Source of the DNA: Eledone cirrhosa
Lineage: Eukaryota
NCBI GenBank assembly: GCA_964016885.1
Contig: OZ024741.1
Location: 129,456,001-129,520,000, forward strand
Direction of reading: 5' to 3'
DNA: 64,000 nucleotides
Shown piece by piece: positions 1 through 13,800 of this stretch. Positions within the stretch are counted from its first letter, which is position 1. Each line of letters opens with the position of its first letter. The translations under genes were made by a program, and so were the position numbers. Under the pieces are notes generated by a model. The model searched no databases and was not told the origin of the DNA. It saw only the letters and a list, made by a program, of their open reading frames with translations.

Positions 1-239
1 AATTCTAAAATCCCATTGTTACATAATGCTCGTGGTTTCTAATGTTTTGGCTTCTTTTAGTCAAAATAAAAGACAAATGCTAAGTAAAGAAAGTTTATTA
101 GAATAACAAAAGAACAGCTAGAATTAATAAGAAAATTAATTAAACAAACATAAGAATAACCAAAAACTTGGTAAAACTGAATTGAGTCCAACCATAAAAA
201 GTTAGTACTTTTATAAAAATGAATAAATAGAAGATTGTT

Positions 240-590
240 TCCGCGCCGAAGCTCGTCGTTCCGCTACCATTTCCCGCTACCATTTCCACGCAACAGCTGA
301 ACGGTCAACCACCTCCCTCATGTTTATCGCACGTAAAAATGGAATCATTCCCGTGTCCCCTTTTCCGATCAAATCCCGCCGCAGTTGTTTTCTGTAAATC
401 CGCTTTAGTGCCTCCAAAACTCCCTGGTCCATTGGCTGAATAAGTGACGTAACGTTCGCCGGAAGAAATGCTGCCCGAATCTGTCCGTCTGCCGAAATCA
501 AGTCCTCCTCATCCGGAGGTAGTATAGAAATAGCCGTCCGGTAAATCGAATTTCGGTAAAAGCGATATCCGGATAAGCGAAGATGCACTG
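240..590 (-). mobile_element. Tigger/pogo-type DNA transposon remnant (DDE transposase fragment plus one terminus)
   Basis: Minus-strand peptide FLPANVTSLIQPMDQGVLEALKRIYRK is the pogo/Tigger DDE_1 motif. The terminus reads TA|CAGTGCATCTTCGCTTATCCG at 590 and abuts (TA)n. The left boundary is approximate. Confidence 0.8.
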
Positions 591-655
591 TATATATATA
601 TACATATATATATATACACACACACATATACATATATATATATACACACACACAC

Positions 656-730
<75 letters not shown>

Positions 731-733
<3 letters not shown>

Positions 734-866
734 TGTCTTCCTCCGATTGCAACGTTTTTTGAAATATCCACTTCTGCGTTTACAGATTGACTTTGTTAGT
801 TTCAGAAGATCCCGTTAAGGGTGAAACCAGCGATTCTTTGCTTAAACTTTAATCTGTTATTTTAAT
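731..866 (+). mobile_element. PLE terminal-repeat fragment, CAGAAGA-hammerhead family
   Basis: Near-identical to 58243-58378 and embedded in (TA)n. It carries the hammerhead-like motif at 798-848 with a stem III substitution. Confidence 0.75.
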
Positions 867-1548
<682 letters not shown>

Positions 1549-1647
1549 CTTCGTGTAGGTGTTGGTTGTTTACCAATATTTCAGTATGCAGGGTAGAACA
1601 TTCAAAGAAGTGCGCAGATGAGTCTGTTTACTCCGGAGTAATGTACA

Positions 1648-1952
1648 AACAAGAAGTGTAAGCCAGGTTAAAATTAACTTCGTTTATTCATACTAGCTGC
1701 TATATATATTTCGGTTTCGGTGATAGCCATTATCCAACAGCTATGACCTCATCAGGCAGTTAGAACAGATAAAACCAGGGAAACATAATGCTGGAATAGA
1801 TTTTACCTTGTTAATTCGGTGATATGTTCAGATCCAGAGTGTGGTGTTAATCCTCCAAGGAACTGAAAGCATATACTATCACCGAAATATATATAACAGC
1901 GAATATGAATAAACGAAGTTAATTTTAACCTGTTGACTTACACTTCTTGTTT
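1648..1952. mobile_element. PLE-like inverted terminal-repeat pair
   Basis: About 1648-1725 is the reverse complement of about 1876-1952, and the region contains a hammerhead motif. Confidence 0.65.
1697..1759 (-). ncRNA. Type I hammerhead ribozyme motif with a 6-nt duplication lesion
   Basis: Minus strand reads CTGC-CTGATGA-GGTCATAGC...GCTATCACC-GAAA(CCGAAA)TATATA-TA-GCAG. Stem I is CTGC/GCAG and stem II pairs 8 of 9 bp. Confidence 0.7.
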
Positions 1953-2047
1953 TCGAAGATCCCGTTAAGGGTGAAAGCAGCGATTCTTTGCTTAAACTTT
2001 AATCTGTTATTTTAATAAATAATTCACACACACATATATATATATAT

Positions 2048-2235
2048 AGGAAAAGGTTCAGGACCCCGACGGCAGAGCTCAAGCCGTTTCGACGGCTATT
2101 TCTGGACTCATGGATATAGTCAAGAAATAGTCGTCGGGGTCCTGAACCTTTTCCTATTACCCACTCTACTACCCAAAGTATCGAGTACTCTGCTGCGTTA
2201 TGGTCCACCGGGTTCCTTACCACACTTCCTTCATT
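2048..2235. mobile_element. PLE-like fold-back terminal repeat plus tail (family also at 8998-9190, 42650-42718, 62400-62535)
   Basis: Inverted repeat AGGAAAAGGTTCAGGACCCCGACG and a shared tail TATTACCCACTCTACTA...GTATCGAGTACTCT. It carries the 3' half of a hammerhead (long stem II, GAAA, CGGC/GCCG stem III, TC). Confidence 0.65.
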
Positions 2236-2280
2236 ATATATATATACTTTAATCTGTTATTTTAATAAATAAATAAATAA

Positions 2281-2455
<175 letters not shown>

Positions 2456-2583
2456 GAGAAAAGGTGGAGACGGAAATAGCACGGAAAATATATTTTAGGG
2501 TCTGTTTTCTTTTTTTTCCCTTTCTTTGATTCGTCAAAGTGACATTATTTTGAAAAAATGTATATATATATAAATGTATATGT

Positions 2584-2729
<146 letters not shown>

Positions 2730-2759
2730 CACCTTATAATATATTCTGAATAATATATT

Positions 2760-2940
2760 CACATCAAGAATAGGATGCCAAAGAGCCTGAGAGATCTACA
2801 TGGTATGCATGTGGATATTTTCAATAAACATCTCGCCATTCTGCCGACCGGGATCCCGGGTGAACCCACAGCACAAGGTGAAGCATATATAAGAGCAGCA
2901 GCAACAAAACAAATTCCATTTTGCATCAACGGCCAACCAG
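2760..2940 (+). pseudogene. CR1-type LINE ORF2 C-terminal remnant
   Basis: Peptide [19 protein letters not shown]...IPGEPT...RAAAT; a similar stretch lies at 53230-53400. Confidence 0.55.
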
Positions 2941-3729
2941 GGAAGGCTGGCTGTAGAAATTGTAGCATCAATGGCAGTGCCCCAGCATGGCCTCAACCTG
3001 TAGCTGGAACACATAATAGAATAATAAAGCAATATTATATAAATAAGTTCTCAACTCATATATAAATTTATATATATAATAAACCATGCGAGAGATGGGG
3101 AAAAAACGATAAAACAAAAGACGTTGTCTGTTACCATGTTATTCTAATACGGGGTCTTCGAACATGAATTTTAAAGGTAGATGAAGACTGCTCCCGGACT
3201 TCGGGGTGTCGGGAAGTTTCTCACAAAATTCATGAAGACAGGAAGCTTTTATTTTTGTTTTACATTTTCTTGTTCCTTTTTTTTTTTTCGGTGGAGGTCG
3301 AGCGTTATATATGATAACTTGGGGCTTCTCCTTTCTCAACAGTTTGGGATTCATGTATCTGCTGCTGAATAGTCGCCATCTTCATACAAGGCTTAGAGGT
3401 TGATAGAAAAGAACCAGTGTAGTACTGGAGACTCTTCCTCTATATCTCTTTTTTACTTCCATTCTCTCACCCTCTCTCTATCCTTCTCTGGTAGAAATCT
3501 GCAGTGTTCACACCTGGAGAAGAGATGGGCTCCACCAGGCACAAATGCTCTAGAAACAGCGTGTGCCATTACGGCACTCTTACGACACCATCAGGAGTTA
3601 CAGGACCATGTATGTATATCGGCCTCAGATTGACTTAGTTAACTAATAACTGATTGAACTTACCTATGTGAGCAGACGGTAGAATAAACTTCCGTGTGTA
3701 ATAACTCCACCACTTCTAACATGAAGTGT

Positions 3730-3860
<131 letters not shown>

Positions 3861-4023
3861 ATCACATAAAGCGAGAGATTCAGAAAAAGTGTGCGTTAGT
3901 GTATATCCTCCCTAGGCTGACTGACTGACAAAGCAGACAAACAGAATATAGTTCCATGTGTAATAACTCCACCACCACTTCTAACACTATATACATATAT
4001 GTATAGTTAGATAGATTTGTACA

Positions 4024-4056
<33 letters not shown>

Positions 4057-4214
4057 TGTATGTATGTATGTATGTATGTATGTATGTATGTATGTATGTA
4101 TGTATGTTTGTATGTATGTATGTATGTATGTATGTATGTATGTATGTATATAATATTATATTATTATATTATACATATACTTTTTAATATACAGGAAATA
4201 GTTTTCTGCCTAAT

Positions 4215-4270
<56 letters not shown>

Positions 4271-4396
4271 TATTGTAGACGAAAAGAAGTGAGTGCTGCT
4301 GTGTTTTATTTTTCATTGACTAATTAAATCACCGATTTTCTGATTGATTGTAATTGTGTGAGCAGACGATAGGGAGTAGTTTCCCTGTGTAATATA

Positions 4397-4840
4397 CCAC
4401 CACCACCACCACCACTACTACTACTGTCATCACAACCACTGCCTACACCATCACCACTACCAACATCAACGCCACTACCAACACGACCACCACTACCATC
4501 AATATCACCACCACCACCACCATCAATATCACCACCACCACCACCACCACCACCACCACCACCACCACCACCATCAATATCACCACCACCACCACCACCA
4601 CCACCACCACCATCAATATCACCACCACCACCATCACCACCACCACCACCACCATCAATATCACCACCACCACCACCACCACCACCACCACCATCAATAT
4701 CACCACCACCACCACCACCACCACCACCACCACCACCACAACTATCACAAACACCACCACTACTACCAATATCTCCACTATCACTAACTCCGCCACCACC
4801 ATCACCACTACCAAGAACTCCACTACCAACACCACCAACA
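4397..4840. repeat. (ACC)n trinucleotide repeat with recurring ATCAATATC interruption
   Basis: Direct reading of the sequence. Confidence 0.9.
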
Positions 4841-4914
4841 GCACAACTTGCGGGGTATCGTACCATGCGTCCCCTGGGGTACTTTAGCCGATATATTTAA
4901 TTATTTAATTATAA

Positions 4915-5295
4915 GGATTGGTAGTATCGGTAGAGGATCGGATGCCATGCTTTGTAGCATAGAGTTATGTCCCTCTACGGCCTGAGTTCAAATCCTGCCG
5001 AGGTTAGCTTTGCCTTTCATCCTTACGGGGTCGATAAAATAAAGTACCAGTAACGTACTGGGAATAATTGCTGGCCTCTTGTCAAAAGTAGAAACAGTTA
5101 TTATAACTAGTATTGAGGGCAGGGGGATTGGTAGTATCGGTAGCGTCGGACATAGAGTTACTGCCCTTTACATTCTGAATTCAAATCCCGCTGAGGTTAG
5201 CTTTGCCTTTCATCCTTATGGGGTCGATAAAATAAAGTACCAGTAATGTACTGCGTAATTGCTGGCCTTGTGCCAAAAGTAGAAACAATTATTAA
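4915..5295 (+). mobile_element. Two tandem tRNA-derived SINEs (Meta/MESC-like central domain)
   Basis: Box A-like TGGTAGTATCGG, box B-like GAGTTCAAATCC, central GCCTTTCATCCTTACGGGGTCGATAAAATAAAGTACCAG and tail CTTGT-N-GAAACA(A/G)TTATT. Confidence 0.85.
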
Positions 5296-7955
5296 TATAT
5301 AATGAAATTATTGTGTACAGTGCTCAGGTGCACTACAACTTATCAAAGGTGCATGTATAGTACATAGAATAATGTACAAATGTCAGGAAAATGAACAGTG
5401 TATGAGTCATGATATACATGTGTGCGTGTGTATGGAGGGGGGATATCAGGTATAGCGTTGGCGAATCTCAGGAAGCATGGAGGTTTAAAAGGATGCAGTG
5501 CCCTGACAGCTAACAACTGATGCAGGTAGTTTGTTCCATGCTTCAGCAACTCTGAGCGTGAAAAAATGTTTCTGAAAGTCATGGGAGCTAAGCTGTTTTC
5601 TGATTTTGTTGGCATGCCCACGTCTGTTAGACACATGGAAATCAAAAAGGTGCTCAGGGTTGTTGTTGGCAAGATGGTTAATAATTTTGTGGGTGTTTAC
5701 CAAGTTAGTTGCCAGACGTTAGAGCTTTAATGTATCCATGTCCACAGAAGCAAGGCATTCAGAGTATGGTAGATGCCTGATGGAGGATATTCACTTGGTT
5801 GCACGTCTCTGAACAGTTTCCAGGCGGTCAGTGTTCTGAGCAAGATAGGGGTTCCAGACTGGTGATGCAAATTCTAAGTGTGGCCGCACCATAGCTATAT
5901 ACAGCTTTAAATAGATAGATGGAGAGCGGCTAACAAAGGTCTTGCTGAGTGATGCTAAGACACCCTCGGCCTTCTTGACAATTTTAGAGAGGTGCTTCGT
6001 CCAACGCAAAACGCTGCTGACAGTAATGCCCAGGTCACGTTCACAAGAAGACTTCTTGATATTAGTGTTGTGGAGGGAGTATGTGGATGCTGGGCTTTTA
6101 CTCCCAAAATGCATGGTGGTACACTTGTCCACAGCCAACTTGAGTTGCCAGTCCGTGATCCATTGTTGCATTGTGTCCAGGTCAGATTGCAGGAAAGATC
6201 TATAGTGTTCAGGATATGTCCTTTTTATCTCAAGGTACAGCTTGATGTCATCTGCATATTTCAGTACTGTGCCATTCTTTAAGTTGGCATCTATGTCATT
6301 AATATATGACACAAACAAAAGGGCGGTAAGAACAGATCCCTGTAATACACCAGATGACATCTCATATGGTGAGGAATGCTGTCCTAGAACCGTGACTACC
6401 TCTCTTCGACTGAGAATGAAGGACTTCAACCAGTTAAAAAGACCATCCTTCACACCCATTGCAGAGAGTTTTGCCATAAGTTTTTTGTGTGGCACAGAAT
6501 TGAAAGCTTTGGCAAAGTCAAGGTAAACAACATCCACCCATGAGCCGCCATCAGTGATCCGGGTGATGTCTTCAAGAAACTCGATAAGTTGATCACAGCA
6601 GCTGGAGTTAGGGATAAATCCAAATTGCGAGGGCCGGATAAGACTGTGAGAGTTCCAGAAGTTCCAAAGTGTTTCTCTAACACAGGATTCCATCAGTTTG
6701 GCAATGCAGCTAGTAAGACTGACTGGATGATAGTTGACAAGTGATGTGCGGTCACCCTTTTTGAACAGAGGAATGGTACTGTCAGTTTTCCACTGCTCTG
6801 GAGTAGCACCGTTGTTCAGACAGAATTGGAAGAAGCGTGATAGCTGGGGAAGAAGGAAGTACCCACCACGTTTGAGAAGCAGGTACGTAACACCTTCAAG
6901 ACCAGGAGAGGCATGGTTGCGTTTATTTTTAAGGTGACGTCGCAGCATTGCAGGTGTAAATTCCATAGTTGTAATAGGATCCGATGTCAGAGGTGGTGGA
7001 GATGGTACACTCTGATCTTCAACAGTGAAAATGCCTGCATGGCATTCAGCAAGAAGTTCTGCGCATTCCTTGGGGTCGTCAGTAACCTGGCTTGTATGGG
7101 GTTTGCGAAGAGGACCAACTGGAGAGTGAGGCCTCTGCTTTGAGATACTTCCAGAACACCTTACTATTAGGGTTGGTTGCTATGTGTTGCTCAAATTAAA
7201 GCACTGCCTTTTTTGTCACCTGCTTGAGATAGTTGGATGATTTATTTCGCTTTTTCCTATTGATATCTGATTTATGCAGTTTATACTCACGTTCAGCATT
7301 ACGACAATCTTTTCTGGCAAATTCTGAAGTCTCCCAAATTGCACTTTTGGGATGTTTTTTCTGCTTACGTGGTACCTATGCTGCACATGATGTCCATATT
7401 GAGTTCAGGATGTTCTGGAGTACAGTGTTGACATCCCCAGAGTCGTAAAACTCAAGTCAGTTTGGATATTGCAACTCGGTGCAGTAACAGTTCCAGTCTG
7501 CTTTATTCCAGTCAAAGTGAGCAGTTTGGAGATGGTTGTGGTTTTTGTTACTGCCCATGAGGGACAGATTGGCAATGATCATAGCATGATCAGAGTCACC
7601 TAAAGGTTCCTCAGTATTAACACTAATAACTGTTTCAGGAGTAGTGGTGAAGAGTAGATTCAAAGTGTTGTCACCTCTTGTTAGGAAGGTGACTACTTGG
7701 GACCAGTTCGAGTCCAGCACTAGCTCAAGGAAATCATTTGCACTTTGCGACCAACGAAAGATTTCCCAGTCAATCTCAGGGTGATTGAAGTCCCCTGCAA
7801 TAAAAACATAAGTGGCTGTTTTCCTGGCAGCAACTCTGAGGATATCACAAAGTTGTGTGTCCTGATGGTAATTTGGGGACGGTAAACGACTCCAAGTAGC
7901 AGTGTTGACATGGTCATACGTATATCGCAGAAAAATACTTTTTGCTGCGATTGTT
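5296..7955 (-). mobile_element. CR1-type LINE, 5'-truncated and decayed
   Basis: APE remnants (GVVYRP, SDH) at 7457-7959, RT at 5791-6966 and a C-terminal FFTLRVAEAWNKLP motif near 5500-5600. Confidence 0.85.
5791..6966 (-). pseudogene. CR1-type reverse transcriptase segment
   Basis: Motifs NYHPVSLTS, QFGF, YLDFAKAF, SGVLQGSVL, YADD, ERDLG and RPHLEFASPVWNP; upstream and downstream parts are in other frames. Confidence 0.9.
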
Positions 7956-8029
7956 TCAATTATATAATAGTGGTAGACTGGAAGAATCTTTAGAACGTCG
8001 GAGAAAATGTTTGTGGCATTTAGTCACAC

Positions 8030-8578
8030 CGCTTTATGTTCGGAGTTCACATAGCACCGAGGTCAACTTTGCCTTTCACTCTTCAGGTGTCGGTAAAAAA
8101 GTACCAACAAGTACCTGGGGTGATATAATCCGCTTTATCCTGCCCCCCCCCCCCCCCGCCCACCAATTTGTTGGTTTTATGCCTAAATCAGAAACCTTTA
8201 TTATAGTTATGTGCAGGCGGTGGATTGGGAATATCGGTAGATCGTTGGACATGTTTGCAGCATAGATTTATGTCCCTTTACGTTCTGAGTTCAAATCGCG
8301 CTGAGGTGAGCTTTGCCTTTCATCCCTACGGGGTCGATAATTGCTGGCCTTGTGCCAAAAGTAGAAACAATTATTATAACTAGTATTGAGGGCGGGGGGT
8401 TGGCAGTATCGACAGTGTTGGAGATAGAGTTTAGCCCTTTACATTTTGAGTTCAAATCCCACCGAGGTTAGCTTTGCCTTTCTTCCTTACGAGATCGCTA
8501 AAATAAAGCACCAGTAACGCACTGGAGATCGACTTAATCGACTTTCCCTACCCCCTATATCAAAAACCATTATTATAG
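8030..8578 (+). mobile_element. Cluster of three tandem SINE copies
   Basis: Repeated GAGTTCA...GCCTTTC...GTACCA core with ATT tails. Confidence 0.8.
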
Positions 8579-8997
8579 TTATCTGCGATGTGGTGACTAT
8601 ACTTTCAAATTTTTCAATATATGGATAATTAACGATCTTGATGAAATGAATGTTTGGTTGGTTAGGCGAATCAGTTGGTTCGATTAAATTAATTAGTTTA
8701 ACTGGTTTGAGTGTTCAATATCAAGTAATTTCTCAATTTTCCTACACGTTCATATTTATTGATTATTTCTGAATTTTTTATATTATTTTCTTCAGTTGCG
8801 ACTCTTGTTTGTTTGTTTCTTTCTTTCTTTCTTTCTTTCTTTCCGTCTGTCTACGAACTCGTCATATTTCTTTACGCTTTGAACAAAAGTATTCAAATGT
8901 ATGCACCCACACACACTACATATACACATACCGACATGCACACACATATACATATAGGCCCCCGCCCCACACACACATATATATATATATTTATATA

Positions 8998-9187
8998 TGG
9001 GAAAAGAGTCAGGACCCCGACGGCTGAGCTCCGGCCGTTTCGACAGCTAGATCTGAACTCGCTGTCGAAACGGCCGGAGCTCAGCCGTCGGGTCCTGACT
9101 CTTTTTCTATTACCCACTCTACTATCCTAAGTATCGAGTACTCTGGTGCGTTATGGTCCACCTGGTTTCTTACCACACTTTCTTTGT

Positions 9188-9190
<3 letters not shown>
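8998..9190. mobile_element. PLE-like palindrome (~48-bp arms, 13-nt loop) plus tail in (TA)n
   Basis: GAAAAGAGTCAGGACCC...TTTCGACAGC is followed by its reverse complement and then the family tail. Confidence 0.7.
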
Positions 9191-9220
<30 letters not shown>

Positions 9221-9221
9221 T

Positions 9222-9341
9222 CAAAAGGTAAACAGAAACAACAAAGCAAAGACACAGTACAATGAAGAAATATATTAGTTTAACGCTTGTGTAGTATGAA
9301 AAGAGTCTTAAACTTTCGGACACAAGTCTTTCTTCGGGAGA
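9222..9341 (-). mobile_element. PLE terminal fragment with degenerate minimal hammerhead (relative of 39858-39990)
   Basis: Minus strand reads CCGAAGA-A-AGAC-TTGT-GTCC-GAAA-GT-TT-AAGA, and the flank AAAAGGTAAACAGAAA is shared with 39858. Confidence 0.55.
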
Positions 9342-9574
9342 TCCGACAGGTTTGCGGTCGAGTCCGTAGCAGTGGAGACGTTTGGTGTCCTTGGCCCTAG
9401 GACCACCTCCATACTCACCACCACACCATATTGCATTTTTTTTTATGACTGGCAGGATTTGAACTTAGAATGCGAAAACGCGAAACAAACATCGCAAGGC
9501 TTTTTTCAGATATCGCCTGAATTGTTTCTAAATTACGCACAAGGCCAGCAATTCGGAGAAGTGAGAAGAGTTAA

Positions 9575-9865
9575 TTACATAGGAATCAGTACATAACTGG
9601 TACTTTATTTCATCGACCTAGAAAAGATGAAAGGAGAAGTTGATCTTGGCAGAATTCAAACTCACAACGTAAAGAGTGGTAACTAAATACCGCAAGGCAT
9701 TATGTCTGTTTCAATAATAATTGCTTCTACTTTTGGCATAAGGCCAGCAATTACCCTAGTGCATTACTGGTACTTTATTTTATCGACCACGTAAGGATGA
9801 AAAGCAAAGCTAATCTCAGTGGGATTCAAACTCAGAACGCAAAGGGCCATAACTCTATGCTGCAA
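9575..9865 (-). mobile_element. Two SINE copies
   Basis: Reverse complement of the SINE core (CTGGTACTTTATTT...GATGAAA). Confidence 0.75.
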
Positions 9866-10365
9866 TAACAATGAATGTTAATATTTGACATAGAACCACT
9901 GTAAGTTATACACAGAAAGCTACATTTGATTAAATCAATCAAACGATACTTGACAGGTAGGTATTTTATCGATCACTGAGTGATGAAAGTCTAAATTAAG
10001 TGTATAGGAAGAATATGCGGTCGATTATGCTGTTATTAGATCGTTAAACATGCGTTCTGAATCTCAGCGTTCTGAATTCAAATCTCGCCGAGGCCCACTT
10101 TATCTTTCATCTTTTGGGGATCAATAGATAAAGTACTATTCCAATACTAATATAGCACTCTTTACTTCCAGTTGTCATTTGTCCAGTTGTCCATTGAATT
10201 GAAGTAGACAGAGTCAAGATGGTGTATATATCTGTTCGTGACTGCATAGACGCATAAAACTCCACCAAATGTAAGGTACATACTACCAAGTCATAATCAA
10301 TTGCAAGTGACGGCCGTAGATGTTTTAGTGTGTGTGTGTGTGGGGGGGGGGGGTAATTTACTTAG

Positions 10366-10525
10366 AATAATTGTTTCTACTTTTGGCACAAGGCCAGCAA
10401 TTATTCCAGTGTATTACTGGTACTTTATTTTATCGACCCCGTAAGGATGAAAGGCAAAGTTAACCACGGCGGGATTTGAACTCAGATCATAAAGGGCCGT
10501 AACTCTTTGCTGCAAAGCATGGCGT
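10366..10525 (-). mobile_element. SINE copy
   Basis: Reverse complement of the same SINE consensus, including the tail. Confidence 0.85.
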
Positions 10526-10735
10526 CATTTACTTAGAATAATGTTATATAGTCATGATATACAAGTGGTTTGTAGAATCAGGACCGGTGGAGGCTGGAAC
10601 AAAAACTCTGCTCTTCTCGTACTTGGGTCTACTTTTACTATTTGATGTCCATGCAGACCGTGTTCCTAAGCGTTTAATTCGGGTATTAATTTCAAATTAC
10701 TTCGCCACCTTGTGTTTGTGTTCATTCTCTAATGG

Positions 10736-10800
<65 letters not shown>

Positions 10801-12214
10801 GGGATCCCGAATGCGAGGGTCGCAAAACTGAACAGAGTCAAGAGCTCGATCGATAGACGACACTAACCCTTCGGTCGCGCATGTGCAGGCAACTTTGGGG
10901 ATGTTCCTGATGACTCTCCGTGACGCATGTGGCGTCGAGAGGGCTAGGCATTGCGTGCAGTGCCACCGGGGCAGGGATTCTGTCGCACGCCGAGTAAGTT
11001 TGACGCAAGAAAGATGGAAGAAACTGTTACAGTTGGTACAGTTCCTTTCTTTGTTGCAACTGTTGCACGTGGTATATTAGTAACACTGTTCACCATCCCG
11101 CAGGGAATAAGGGTGGGGGAGGCGTGTATTTTAACTGTGGTGTAGGAGATGGAAGCAGAAAATTGTAATTAAGGAGATGTATAGAAGCATAGAAAAAGAG
11201 AGAAATGGAAAGATAGTGATGGGGGATAAATAGATGGATAGGTGTATAGAGGGATAGAGAGAGGGTAGGAATAGATAGGTGGATGGGTTCCAAAAAAGGA
11301 GAGAACTAAGAGAAAAATGCATAGACCTAAATTAGTTAGAATTTGATAGGTGGGATTTATAGTAAAAGTAACATACATAGTAAATGAAACAAAAAAGGGA
11401 GGTGGGATCAAAGAATTTTTTTTAGAGAAAATCAGATACATAAATACATTAATACATGACCAAATGAAGGAAAGAGGAGGAAAGAGCAAGTGAAGTAAAA
11501 TATAAAGGCGGAGCAGAGACAAAGAATGAAAAAAATTGAATAAAAAGATAAAGATAAAGGAAAGAAATATGAAAACTGTTACAGTGTGCAATGCTTGACT
11601 GGCGGGCAAAGTCTTTCGGTGCAGATTAAGGATAAAAATAAAATAGAATAGAATCAGCGAGCTCAAACATGGATTTCTTTCGCATAATCAAAGATTACCT
11701 TGGAAATATTTATTAACACCTATATTTCGGATGTAGCATCCATTGTCAAATGATCCGAAGGAAACTCCGGGGAATGTCGAAGAGGACATTTCTATGCTTC
11801 TGCGTGGCTCGTGTTCAAATTCCGCTCAACCTCACTTCTCTATTTCTTCACCAGATTTTGTTGCCTTAATATTTACAATCCCGCCTGCATTGTTGCGGCT
11901 TTATAAACATAATCAATTAACGTATTCCACAATGGTTCAAGTAAAAACTACAACACGCTCTCTTACCCCCCCCCCCCCCTAGTATAATTGTTATTATTAT
12001 TATTATTTGGAGTCTTCTTTGTATTTGTACGAGCTGACTCCAAGTCTCACCCAGAGATCTCAACAACAAATGTTAAGTTCAAGTGGGCGGTCATCATCAT
12101 TATTATTATTATTGTTCTTTGAGTCTCAGTCATTGATGTTATTTAACTGGAAAGTTTGTTGAAATGAATATCAAGCCTCAGATATTCAGGACGTATCGGA
12201 GGGTTCTTGCTGTT

Positions 12215-12395
12215 GTAGTATCCGTAGAGGGTCGGACACCATGCTTTCCAGCATAGTTACGTCCCTTTACGGTCTGAGTTCAAATCCCGTCGAGGTTAAC
12301 TTTGCCTTTCATCCTTACGGGGTCGATAAAATAAAGTACCAGTAATGTACTGGGTAATTGCTGGCCTTGTGCCAACAGTGGAAACAATTATTATT
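12215..12395 (+). mobile_element. SINE copy whose ATT tail hosts the Tx1 array
   Basis: SINE core ends GAAACAATTATTATT, immediately followed by Tx1 ORF2 sequence. Confidence 0.85.
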
Positions 12396-13800
12396 AGCAG
12401 GGTGGCCTCCCTCACCCAGAAATGGGCCGAGAGGAAGCTGTCCCTGAAAGGCCGGGCGGAAGTGGCGAATACGTACATCGCATTCGTCATCTGCTACCGC
12501 CTCACCGTCGTCCCTTGCCCCGGGCCAACTCTCACCAAAATGGAGCGCTTCCTCTTCCGCTTTTTGTGGAAAGGACGCGCTCCCATGGTCAGACGATCCA
12601 TCTGCTGTCAACACCCGTTGCGTGGAGGACTGAGTATGCCATGGCAGATGATGCGCAAACATGCGCTGAGGTTACGACATCTCTGGTGCTTCCTTGACAG
12701 TGAACAGGCGTGGTCGTCGTTTGCCAGGCACGTTTTCCCACAGCTCGTCTCCTTGACGAAGCTGCAGTCCTGGGTCAGGAAAAGACCGAGGGATAGCGCT
12801 TGGAAACTGGAATGTCTCCAGGCGCTCACCGCCCTCTGCCAGCTGGGCACCAGTATCGGTGGAACATCCACCTCGGTGTTCTATAGAGGACTAGTGGAGG
12901 GTAAGAGCGACGACGTTCTCGGAGAGATCCTGGGCGTCGAAGAAGATCAGCTGTTTGCTCTCTTCCGGAGAACTTTCAGCCCAGGACCTATGGATAACTT
13001 CCAGAAATCCCTGGCCTGGCAGTGCTACCGGGGAGCGTTTCCGGTTCGAGATAAGCTCTACAGGCACGGAAGTGCCGTCAGCCGAGCCTGTCCGAGATAC
13101 GCGCAGAGCGACGAAATCGTCGTGCACGCACTCGTTCAGTGCCCGAGCATTGCTGACTTGTGGAGCTATGTCGAACAGTTGCTGCCGCGTGTAGGACTGA
13201 TCCGGTTATCGACTGAGTCCATTGTACAGATGGTCTCGCGGTCTTCCTTCGAGGAGGAAGAGCAGGCGGTTTTCATCTGCCTGGTGGCCATGGCAAAAGA
13301 GATTGTGTGGTGGACAAGGTTGAAAGGGTTGAAGAGGAAAATTAGGGTGGAGAGGCAAGTGCTGCCTTCTAGCAAGTTTGTTGAAAGGTGGGTGAATGTA
13401 GCGAGAATGGTCCGAGTGAACGGGACCGCTCTGAATATACGTCTGTAGTTTGAGAAATGGAAAAATTGAGAGAGGGCACTTGCCCTGGTGGTCAGGGTGG
13501 CCGTGGTCTTTTGTGCGGTTTTCGCCACGAGTAACCCTCAGAGGTTTCCACCCTATTGGGGAATTTTTCCATTGTTTCAATTTTCATTTTTATTGTTTAT
13601 AAAGAAAGCATTGTTTATATATATATATGTGTTTCTATGTCTTTTTTTCTTTTTTAAATAAATAATAAAAATCTTTACACGCACAAAACCCACATCGTAC
13701 CGTCCTGTACCGTCCTGTACCGTCCTGTGCCGTCTGTAATGTTTTTCCGGATGTCAGCCCTTGTGGCCAATAAAGAAATCATTATTATTATTATTATTAT
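12396..13800 (+). mobile_element. Tx1-type LINE copy C (3' ~1.4 kb fragment)
   Basis: Start AGCAGGGTGGCCTCCC matches 16286. It encodes the ORF2 C-terminus (stop at 13448), then the 3' UTR and AATAAAGAAATC(ATT)n. Confidence 0.92.

Noticed and set aside
4324-4866. Gly-rich ORF (GGGGDID repeats)
   Set aside because: It derives from an (ACC)n repeat with no evidence of coding constraint.
12345-12395. N-terminus MYWVIAGLVPTVETIII of the 367-aa ORF
   Set aside because: It is SINE tail sequence fortuitously in frame with the truncated Tx1 ORF2.
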